Below are positions 19,464 to 27,344 of a DNA stretch of 64,000 nt, piece after piece. Both the position numbers and the translations under genes were made by a program. The stretch's first letter is position 1; each line of letters starts with the position of its first letter. This DNA is from Halodesulfurarchaeum sp. GTDB taxonomy: Archaea; Halobacteriota; Halobacteria; Halobacteriales; Halobacteriaceae. Below the pieces are notes generated by a model, which ran no database searches, was not told where the DNA came from, and worked only from the letters and a program-made list of their open reading frames with translations. The stretch spans positions 1-64,000 of the forward strand of contig JBDGUI010000015.1 in the NCBI GenBank assembly GCA_042216015.1. Direction: 5' to 3'.

Positions 19464-20123
19464 TTACAACTCCGTCGCGAGCGTCTTGATGAGTTTTGCC
19501 TCGACGGCGTTCAGCCGCTGTGAAAGCGCCGATCGCGTCACGTTCAGGTCCTCGGCGAGATCCGACAGCGACGCCTTCCGCGGGGTAGCGTAGTAGCCCC
19601 GACTGACCGCCTCCTCGACCACCTCACGCTGCTTGTCCGTCAACGAGATCTTCTCGGAGAGACGATCGCTTCGCTCGGTTCCGTTCCGCTCTCGTTCCGC
19701 CCCGCTCGTGAGTCGGGTCAATTGCCACTCGTCGCCGCTCTCGCGGAGTCGATCGGATAACTCGTAGAGTCGCTCCCGAGAGTCGATTACGGCGGTGATT
19801 TCGAGCGACCCGTCCGCGACGGAGATTTCGGCGGGGCTGATGCCGGGTTCGCACACGTGGGGACAGGTGCAGGCATCGGTAATCGAGCCGGACACGACGG
19901 TCCGATCGGTTCCCCGCTGGCTCCTGACCGTGAGAGAAACATGACACTGTTCGCCCACCAGCTGCACGTGACCGGTCAGCGCCCTTTCGCCGAACTCACG
20001 GACGGGACATGAGCTATTTGCCACGGGGTCGATTTCCAGTTCGGCCCACAATCGATCCCCCTCGCTCCGCGGCCCGGATTCTGTCGGGTCAAATTCCAGC
20101 GACGTCCGTTGGTGAGTGGCCAT
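19464..20123 (-). CDS. NarO/DmsR-like Cys-containing HTH-10 activator of anaerobic respiration
   Basis: N-terminal CPV..C..CTCPHVC; C-terminal LTDKQREVV..A...GYY.TPR.ASL.DLA. Confidence 0.75.
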   Translation of the reverse strand: MATHQRTSLEFDPTESGPRSEGDRLWAELEIDPVANSSCPVREFGERALTGHVQLVGEQCHVSLTVRSQRGTDRTVVSGSITDACTCPHVCEPGISPAEISVADGSLEITAVIDSRERLYELSDRLRESGDEWQLTRLTSGAERERNGTERSDRLSEKISLTDKQREVVEEAVSRGYYATPRKASLSDLAEDLNVTRSALSQRLNAVEAKLIKTLATEL

Positions 20124-20170
20124 GAATTACGACGTTCGGAACGCTGCGGTCGGATTTGCCGATCGATCCC

Positions 20171-20211
20171 CCAGGCACCGGGGGCGATTCACCAGGCACC
20201 GGGGGCGATTC
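20171..20211. repeat. Tandem 20-bp direct repeat CCAGGCACCGGGGGCGATTC x2 (21-bp period)
   Basis: Identical copies at 20171-20190 and 20192-20211, upstream of the NarO-like gene. Confidence 0.9.
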
Positions 20212-20476
20212 TGTGTCCGCATACCGACACCTGTGGGCCGTGTCCCCGATAAGGTACTGTGCAGATATCTAGAGGCAGGCAAAAATCGACATCTAGTTGT
20301 CTTGAATCGGTTCGAAAAACCGAAAATCACGACGGATATGTCGAGGATCGAAACGGCCCGACGAACCGGACCCTACCGAGTCTTCGGAAGACGACCGCTT
20401 CTCACGAGAGCGGATCGAGGCCTGGAGACCAGATCCAGCGTCTCGATCACGATCGATATCCCTTCTCACCCCCCTC

Positions 20477-23038
20477 TCACTCCCGTCCGGCCTCGAACAG
20501 GGCACCAGCAATTTTCAATTGGGCGTGTCGCAGGTGGTGGTTCACCGTGGAACCCGCGACGCCGAGGTCCGCGGCGAGATCCTCGATGGTGCTCCGCCGC
20601 GGCCACTCGAAGTAGCCGGCGAAGTACGCCGATTTGAACACCTCGAACTGTCGGTCGGTGAGGAGTTCACGGATGGAGTCGGTCGTCTCGGCCCCGAGCA
20701 CGGCCTGTCGTTCACTCTCTGTTTTCGCCACGAAGTCCGCATCGTCGTCTTCGGACTGAACGAATCCGACCGTGGTCTCGATGTCGGTGTTCCGGGGCAC
20801 CTCCAGGGTGTAGGTTCCGCTGCCGTCCTCGATGTCGATACCCTGTAACCGGGCCCGTCGGTGGGCGAATTCCGAGATGACGGACTCCTCGCCGAAGGAC
20901 ACCTTGACCCGATGAGGCGGGTTTTCGACGGCGATCGGGGACACGTCCACGATTCCCGGTTCGGAGCCGGCAAGTTCGAGAACCTCGGTCGGGTCGGCCC
21001 CCTCGACCTGCAGGTAGGCATCGATGGACTCCCGCTTTGGACCCGCGACGACGCCGTCGAGCCAGATGTGACAGCCGAGTTCCGCTGCGGTTCGGACGAG
21101 GGGAAACTCCGTGTCCGTGACGTCGAAGGTGAGTTCGACGACGGTGTCCGCGAAGAGCAGTTTTTTGTCCGTGATGGCGTCGATCGAAAACCCGACGGTT
21201 TTCCCGAGCGTCCGCAATCCGGATCGCTCCCGTTCGCTGAAGGCGTACTCCCGGTTCGTCCGAACCACCAGAACGCCGAAGACGGTTTCTCCGTGCGTGA
21301 GCGGGATTGCGGCGACAGCGTGATCGGTCTCACCGGATTCACTCCCGTCGATTGCGGTGTGGGAGACCGAATGGCTGATCTGCAACTGTCCGGTCTCGAA
21401 TGCGGCCTCGAGGGTGTCATACAGGGGATCGGACGCCTCGATCACGGCCGATTCGCCAGCTCCCTGTCGATCGGCGGTCGTCCGAACAGTGAGTGTGGGG
21501 CCCCCGGCCCGGTGAGCGGCAATCCACGCCGAGTCATAGAGCCCGGAATCGGTGAGGGACGTACACAGAGTGGACTCGATGCGGTCCTGATTCGAGGATT
21601 CGACCAGTTCCTGGGTGATGGCCAGGACGAGATCAGTGATCCGGTTGAGCGATTCGAGTTCGTCACGCTGCTGGCGCAGTGTCCGCTCGCGCTCCTTTCG
21701 CTCGGTGATGTCCTCGATGACGATCATCACGCCCTCGAGGGTCTCTTCCCCGCCCGGGACCGCCGCAAGCGACAGACTCACGTCGACGCGGTTGTCGGAT
21801 TTCGTCCGCCACTGCGCCTCCACGCCGGAGATCGGACCCTCGACGATCGCCGCGGAGAGGAGTTCTCGGAAGGACTCCCGTTCCGGGTCGGGGATCGCCG
21901 GATTCGCCGACCCCTCGACTGCGGCGGCCTCCCAGCCGAATATGTCCTCCGCAGCGGGGTTCCAGCGTTTGACCTGCCCCTTCGGCCCTGCGATGAGGAT
22001 GCCAGCCGGTGAGGCCTGAATCAACGCCTCCAGCTTTTCGGTCGTGGTTCTGAGTTCGTCGATGTAGGCCGGCAGATCGGTCCGCATCTCCTCGAGCGAG
22101 CGCCCCAGTTCACCGGGGATCCGCTCCTCGAAGACTGGGTCGTCGAACTTTCGGCGGGCGAGGGCCTGGGCCTGTCGGGAGGCCGTTTCGTGATAGGCCT
22201 GGACCGCCTCGAACGAACGGGACAGTTGGGCGAGTTCCGAGCGCTGTTTGTGATCGGGTAGCGAGGTGTCCAGAGGCAGGTCCACTCCAGAGACGGATTC
22301 GGTCTCCCCCCTGGCCAATCGACGGCCCACACGGGCGATGTCCACCATCGGCAGCCCGAGGTACCGTCTCGCCGCAAACGCGCCGAGCCCCGCCACGAGC
22401 AGGTCGATGACGAGGAGGACGAAGAGGACCCGCACGAGCACGGCCCGCCGCTGACGGAGGACGACGGCAAATTCGGCGGTGATGGTGTCGCTCAGCGAGA
22501 GCAAGACGTCACTTTGCTGGTTCACGTACCGGAGCGAGCGGCGAAATTTCGTCGTGTCCGGATCCGCGGTCAGCACGGTTTTGACGTGGGGCCGGTACTC
22601 GGTCCAGGCTGTCTGGAGCTGGCCGAGCTCGGGTTCCAGTCGAGGGGGTGCCTCGATTAACTTCTCGCCGCGAAGGATCACCTGGGGGACTCCTCTCGAT
22701 TCGGCATTGGGATTCAGTTTCTGGTCGGGGACGGTTCCGCCCGCCATCAACGACTCGAGGTTCTGCTCGAACCGGTCCCGGGCGACGCGCAGTTGATCGC
22801 GAGCGTAATCGGGATTCTCGCCACGGGAGATCTTGTTCGCGAGACGGGCCATGCGCTGGCTGAGCATTCGCTCCTGTCCGGCGATGTTGACCGAATTGCC
22901 CAACTGCTCGGCCTGCTGGTGGTAGACGTAAATCACCCCGATGTTGAGACTCGCAACGAGAATCATCACCACGAGCAGCAGGGAGACCTTCTCGAAGAGC
23001 TTCAGGCGGGTGTTGAGCGAGGTGAGGAGTCCGGACAT
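20477..23038 (-). CDS. Membrane-bound one-component regulator: TM-PilJ/NarX-type sensor-TM-HAMP-PAS-GAF-Bat HTH10
   Basis: VNIAGQERMLSQRM P/N-box between two TM helices; PAS (WNPAAEDIFGW); GAF; LTDRQ..AY.AGYFEWPR..T..DLA. Confidence 0.85.
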   Translation of the reverse strand: MSGLLTSLNTRLKLFEKVSLLLVVMILVASLNIGVIYVYHQQAEQLGNSVNIAGQERMLSQRMARLANKISRGENPDYARDQLRVARDRFEQNLESLMAGGTVPDQKLNPNAESRGVPQVILRGEKLIEAPPRLEPELGQLQTAWTEYRPHVKTVLTADPDTTKFRRSLRYVNQQSDVLLSLSDTITAEFAVVLRQRRAVLVRVLFVLLVIDLLVAGLGAFAARRYLGLPMVDIARVGRRLARGETESVSGVDLPLDTSLPDHKQRSELAQLSRSFEAVQAYHETASRQAQALARRKFDDPVFEERIPGELGRSLEEMRTDLPAYIDELRTTTEKLEALIQASPAGILIAGPKGQVKRWNPAAEDIFGWEAAAVEGSANPAIPDPERESFRELLSAAIVEGPISGVEAQWRTKSDNRVDVSLSLAAVPGGEETLEGVMIVIEDITERKERERTLRQQRDELESLNRITDLVLAITQELVESSNQDRIESTLCTSLTDSGLYDSAWIAAHRAGGPTLTVRTTADRQGAGESAVIEASDPLYDTLEAAFETGQLQISHSVSHTAIDGSESGETDHAVAAIPLTHGETVFGVLVVRTNREYAFSERERSGLRTLGKTVGFSIDAITDKKLLFADTVVELTFDVTDTEFPLVRTAAELGCHIWLDGVVAGPKRESIDAYLQVEGADPTEVLELAGSEPGIVDVSPIAVENPPHRVKVSFGEESVISEFAHRRARLQGIDIEDGSGTYTLEVPRNTDIETTVGFVQSEDDDADFVAKTESERQAVLGAETTDSIRELLTDRQFEVFKSAYFAGYFEWPRRSTIEDLAADLGVAGSTVNHHLRHAQLKIAGALFEAGRE

Positions 23039-23182
23039 GGCTCGCGAGGGCCGTTCGAATACCGTCGCGGCGGCGAGAAGAAAGTATCGCCGAACGGGAT
23101 CGGAACGCTGTGTGCGGACTGAAATCCGAACGGGTTGTTCCGGACGAAATCCGAACGGTTCGGAACCGTCAACCCTGCCGAG

Positions 23183-23956
23183 TTATCCGTCGGGAACCCG
23201 ATTGAGCATGTGATCATCCGCCGAGGCAGTGCCGGTGCCCTCCTCGAGGAGCGTCTCCACGTCTTCCCCTCTGGCACCGAGGGACCGTGCTGCAGTCTCC
23301 CGGACGACCTCAACCTCGGAATCGTCCTCCAGCGTGGACGTCAATGCCGCTTCCACCGCCTGATCGTCGTCGTACTGACCGAGCAGTTTGACCGCCCACT
23401 CCCGGACGCGGTCGCTCGGGTCCGAAAGCGCCACGAGCAACTCCTCGCGGGCCCCCTCCCGGCGAATCCGCGTGAGCGAAATCAGCGCGTTTCGTCGCAC
23501 GCCCTCGGCCTCATCCTCGAGGAGGGATTCGAAACGCTCCTCGAAGGCCTCTCGAGCCAACCGATCGAGGGCAACCGTGGCCTCGGCCCTGACCCACTGA
23601 TTCTCGTCGGTTTCCAGCACCTCGAGTACCACCTCGGGATCCCCATCGAGTTTCCCGAGCGCCTCGATTGCGAACTGTCGAACCTGGTCGTCCGGGTCGG
23701 TTCTGGCCAGCGAGACCAGTTTCTCCCTGACCGGGTCGCCCACCTCCCGTCCCGCAAGAGCGAGAGACGCCCGTCGTCGAGTGGGCGCGTCGGGGGCCTC
23801 GAGCATTTCCGCGAGGGTATCGACGGGAGCGTCCTCCACGGGCGTGACGTCAGCGGCCGAATAGTCGGCTGGCTCGGCGTTGCCGAGGGTGATGCCCCGA
23901 ACCTCCGTCACGCCATCCCTTCCGACCGCGTCTCGATCGGGAGACTCATCGGTCAT
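23183..23956 (-). CDS. HEAT/PBS-lyase repeat protein of the nar operon
   Basis: Repeated D...VR..A..ALG units. Confidence 0.85.
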   Translation of the reverse strand: MTDESPDRDAVGRDGVTEVRGITLGNAEPADYSAADVTPVEDAPVDTLAEMLEAPDAPTRRRASLALAGREVGDPVREKLVSLARTDPDDQVRQFAIEALGKLDGDPEVVLEVLETDENQWVRAEATVALDRLAREAFEERFESLLEDEAEGVRRNALISLTRIRREGAREELLVALSDPSDRVREWAVKLLGQYDDDQAVEAALTSTLEDDSEVEVVRETAARSLGARGEDVETLLEEGTGTASADDHMLNRVPDG

Positions 23957-24828
23957 CCAGGCACCCCCCGGTCGGAATCGGCCCCGCCGAAAAGAACGAG
24001 GGCGACCAGCACTGCCACCGCACCTGGAACTGTCGTGGGAACCCCGGCAGCGAGGACCAGCAGTCCGGCGAGTGCCAAGGAAATCGCCCCCCGTTCCACC
24101 CCGGAAGCGACGGCCGCCGTGCCACCGACCGCTCCGAGCGCCAGGAGGACGAGCGGGAGGTCAATGATCCCGAGTCCGAGAAGCGAAATCGCTGCCGTGA
24201 TCACTGGCGATAGGAGCCCGATCCCGAAGACCACCGTCCCCGCGAGGACGCCAGCCCCGAGGCTTCGGGCGGAGATGCCCGTGTACGCTGGCGTCCCCGC
24301 AATTGCGAGCGCCATGCTGAGCGATCCGATCCCCCGGGTGAGTGCCGGTTCGACGCCCAGACTCGCGCTCAACGAAGAGAGGACCCCCACCACGAAGGCA
24401 ATGGTCACACCGGACTGCAGGAGTGTCCGTCCGTCGGTGGAGGCGGGGCGATGGGACACGGCCAGCAGCACGCCCGCGACCCCGAGCGCGGCGATCGAGG
24501 GCCCGGTCGCGGTCGGTGAAACGAGTGCCAGCCCGCCAAACACGCCGGCTGCAAGCATGGCGACGCGGACGAGGGGCGCCGACGCGGTGTACCCCAGCGC
24601 GAGTGCGGCCATTGCCGGGCCGGCCAGCGCCGCGGCCTCGATCGGCGCGCCGAGGGGCTGCAGGGGCATCCTGGGCCCGAGGGGCGTGTTCGTCCCGATG
24701 GTGAAGAGGAGCTGTGCCACCGTTGGCACCACCGCGAGCAACCCGGCCCATCGATGGATCGTTCCCCGGTCGCTTCGATCGGGTGCGGGCTCGGCGACGG
24801 TCCGCCCACCGAGAATCGTGCCGGTCAT
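23953..24828 (-). CDS. Uncharacterised integral membrane protein (nar operon)
   Basis: Hydrophobic 291 aa ORF, translationally coupled at both ends. Confidence 0.7.
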   Translation of the reverse strand: MTGTILGGRTVAEPAPDRSDRGTIHRWAGLLAVVPTVAQLLFTIGTNTPLGPRMPLQPLGAPIEAAALAGPAMAALALGYTASAPLVRVAMLAAGVFGGLALVSPTATGPSIAALGVAGVLLAVSHRPASTDGRTLLQSGVTIAFVVGVLSSLSASLGVEPALTRGIGSLSMALAIAGTPAYTGISARSLGAGVLAGTVVFGIGLLSPVITAAISLLGLGIIDLPLVLLALGAVGGTAAVASGVERGAISLALAGLLVLAAGVPTTVPGAVAVLVALVLFGGADSDRGVPG

Positions 24829-25469
24829 TCGGCGTTCACCGCGGGGTTGGATTCGAGGGCCGTGAGATCAGCCCGGACGAAGCGGACCGCGAAGTCCACG
24901 ACTTGCTCGTAGATCCCGGTCTCCGGTTCGCTCTCGACGGCTTGCTGCACGGACGTGACGAACGGTTCCAGGTGCCGATCGAGAAAGTCCGCTCGAGCCC
25001 GTCTGGCATCGGTTTCGCCGGTCGCCGCGAGGCGCGAGAGGTACCCGGCGAACTCCAGTTCGAGCGGGAGATAGTCGTGATGTTCCCGCTCATCCTCGTC
25101 GATCTCGACGTCGAAGTAGTCGTAGGCGCGGGCGAGATCGAGGTTCACGTCGTTCCACGATCGGTCGACGTGTTCTGACTCGTAGAGCGGCACGACAGGG
25201 TCCGGATATCCGACGGCGAAGAGGTCGTTGAATCTGGCACAGAGGAGGTCGTAGTCGTCGTCGGTCTCGACAGCGGGGACCTCCACCTCGAGATCCGTGC
25301 GCTCGAGGATCGCTTCGAGTTCCGCGAAGAGGGTGCCGTTGGCCAGTCCCTCGGCGACCTCCCGGGGAGGCTCCTCGAACAGGCTCGCCAGGACACCATA
25401 GACCGTTCCGCGGGCGAGATCGGCTGTCTCCTCGACCGGGCGCTCGTCGGTGTCTGTCAGCGTTGCCAT
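24825..25469 (-). CDS. narJ: TorD/NarJ-family molybdoenzyme chaperone
   Basis: PLYES.H, E..DYLPLELEF..YL, FLDRHL. Confidence 0.8.
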   Translation of the reverse strand: MATLTDTDERPVEETADLARGTVYGVLASLFEEPPREVAEGLANGTLFAELEAILERTDLEVEVPAVETDDDYDLLCARFNDLFAVGYPDPVVPLYESEHVDRSWNDVNLDLARAYDYFDVEIDEDEREHHDYLPLELEFAGYLSRLAATGETDARRARADFLDRHLEPFVTSVQQAVESEPETGIYEQVVDFAVRFVRADLTALESNPAVNAE

Positions 25470-25473
25470 CGGT

Positions 25474-26295
25474 CTATCGCCCCCGTCGGGCTCGCGCAGC
25501 GATCAGGAGCGCGACCACGATCCCGATTCCCGCGATCGCCCAGAAGAGATACTGGGCGGTCGGCCCGGTGGGCTCCGGGCCGAGCGGGAGGGTGTACCAC
25601 TGGCTGTACGCGTGGTGTCCGGCCCGTTCGTCGTTCGCCCCGTTCCAGACCGCGAAGGCGACCTCCACGTCGGTTTCGAGATCGAAGTCGGCTCGCGCGT
25701 CCTGACCGGTGCGGAGCGAGCGTTCGAAAACGACCGTCCACGTCCCACTCCGGTGACTGGCGCTGGTTTCGATGGTGGTGTTCTCCATCGCGGTGATGCT
25801 TCCGGGATTGTACCCGCCGGCGAGGGCCTCCTCGGGCCCGGAGGCAGCGGTCCAGTACCAGAGGTTCACCGGCGTCGCCTGACTGCCGAGCTGGACGCTC
25901 GGTTCGGTCGAAACGTTCGCGGGGAGCTGGACGGCCGCCCCATCGCTAAAGGCCCGCAGTGACGACTCGGTGGCGTTCACCGTCGTGTCTTTCCACCGCA
26001 TCCAGACGTATATCTTCGAATCCGTGTAGGCAGTTTTGACCGAGACCGCCTCGGTTGCCACCACGTTCGCACCCGGGAGTCCGGATGGAGCACTCGTCAG
26101 GGGAATTTCGCGGCTCTCGATGTCACTCCAGGCCGTCCCGTTCGGTGTCGAGAGTTCCGCGTCCGCCCCCGGTTGATGGCTCACTGGCACCTGGTTCGCC
26201 GGCACGCCGGCAGCGATCGCCGGGAACAGCACGGCGGTGACCAGCACCAGGAGGGCCACCCCGAGGACGGAACCGGTAAAGCGAGTGGGACTCAT
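25474..26295 (-). CDS. Heme b-binding (ethylbenzene dehydrogenase gamma/DOMON-like) subunit with C-terminal anchor
   Basis: Signal peptide; W.D.T, FSDG.AVQ, VAFAVWNG.N.ER. Confidence 0.8.
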   Translation of the reverse strand: MSPTRFTGSVLGVALLVLVTAVLFPAIAAGVPANQVPVSHQPGADAELSTPNGTAWSDIESREIPLTSAPSGLPGANVVATEAVSVKTAYTDSKIYVWMRWKDTTVNATESSLRAFSDGAAVQLPANVSTEPSVQLGSQATPVNLWYWTAASGPEEALAGGYNPGSITAMENTTIETSASHRSGTWTVVFERSLRTGQDARADFDLETDVEVAFAVWNGANDERAGHHAYSQWYTLPLGPEPTGPTAQYLFWAIAGIGIVVALLIAARARRGR

Positions 26296-27344
26296 TTTTC
26301 GAACACCTCCAGCCGATACTGTTGGGCGGGATTCTCACTCGTGAGGATCTCCATGACCTCGCTGTCCCCGCCGCGATTGACCTTCGCCCGCTCTCGCTCG
26401 AGGGTGTTCATCGTGTCGTGGACCCGTTCGCCGAAGAGGTCCTCGAGGTACGAGCGGGGAATGCGATCGATGTCGGTGGTCTCCCCGGCACTGTCGATCT
26501 GCGGGGGTGCAAACGGCGGGATGTAGTAGACGTTCGGATCGGTCCGGTACTCCGGATGGAGCGGCAGCGCGACCTCGTACTGCTCGACCAGCTTGTAGAT
26601 GGGTCCCTGCCGGTCGTCGAGGAAGCCCACCATCCGAAGCTGGGTCGTGCACTCCTCCGCACAGATCGGTCCGTGCACCTCGCCGTCCGGCCCCTCGCCC
26701 TCGAGGCGTGGATAGCAGAAGATACACTTCTCCGAGCTCTTCTTTGCCGTGTTGTAGTAGACCTTCTTGTAGGGACACCCCTCCACGCAGTACCGGTATC
26801 CCCGGCATCGTTCCTGGTCCACCAGGACGACGCCGTCCTCGGCCCGCTTGTAGATCGCCTGTCGCGGACAGGCCTCCACGCAGGTCGGATGCGTACAGTG
26901 ATTGCAGATCCGGGGCAGGTAGAAGTAGTAGGAGTTCGGGTGTTCGCCCGCGCCCTGATCCTCGTCCCAGTTCGGGCCCCACTCCGGAGTCCCGCCCTCC
27001 GGCCGCAGGGCCTCCGTGCTCGGGGACCTGAGTGCCTCCTCGTAATTGAATTCCCACGCCTCACCGTACTCCTCCTTTGCGGGCAACTGCCCGTCTTCGA
27101 CGTCGTTGCGTGAATCGGATTTCCAGCCCCCGCCCTTCTCCTCCCAGTCCTTCGGATATCCGGCACCGGGACGGGTTTCGACGTTGTTCCAGTACATGTA
27201 CTCCGCGCCGTCGTGCTCAGTCCACGTCGTCTTGCAGCCGACCGTACAGGTCTGACAGCCGATGCACTTGTTGAGGTCCATCACCATCGCGACCTGGTGG
27301 TCGATGCCTTCGGCGAGTTCCAGGGTGGGATCAGTGCTGCTCAT
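26292..27344 (-). CDS. narH: Respiratory nitrate reductase beta (Fe-S) subunit
   Basis: DLNKCIGCQTC, YMYWNNVET.PG, PRICNHC.HP.C, CRGYRYCVEGCPY, EKCIFCYPR. Confidence 0.92.
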   Translation of the reverse strand: MSSTDPTLELAEGIDHQVAMVMDLNKCIGCQTCTVGCKTTWTEHDGAEYMYWNNVETRPGAGYPKDWEEKGGGWKSDSRNDVEDGQLPAKEEYGEAWEFNYEEALRSPSTEALRPEGGTPEWGPNWDEDQGAGEHPNSYYFYLPRICNHCTHPTCVEACPRQAIYKRAEDGVVLVDQERCRGYRYCVEGCPYKKVYYNTAKKSSEKCIFCYPRLEGEGPDGEVHGPICAEECTTQLRMVGFLDDRQGPIYKLVEQYEVALPLHPEYRTDPNVYYIPPFAPPQIDSAGETTDIDRIPRSYLEDLFGERVHDTMNTLERERAKVNRGGDSEVMEILTSENPAQQYRLEVFEK

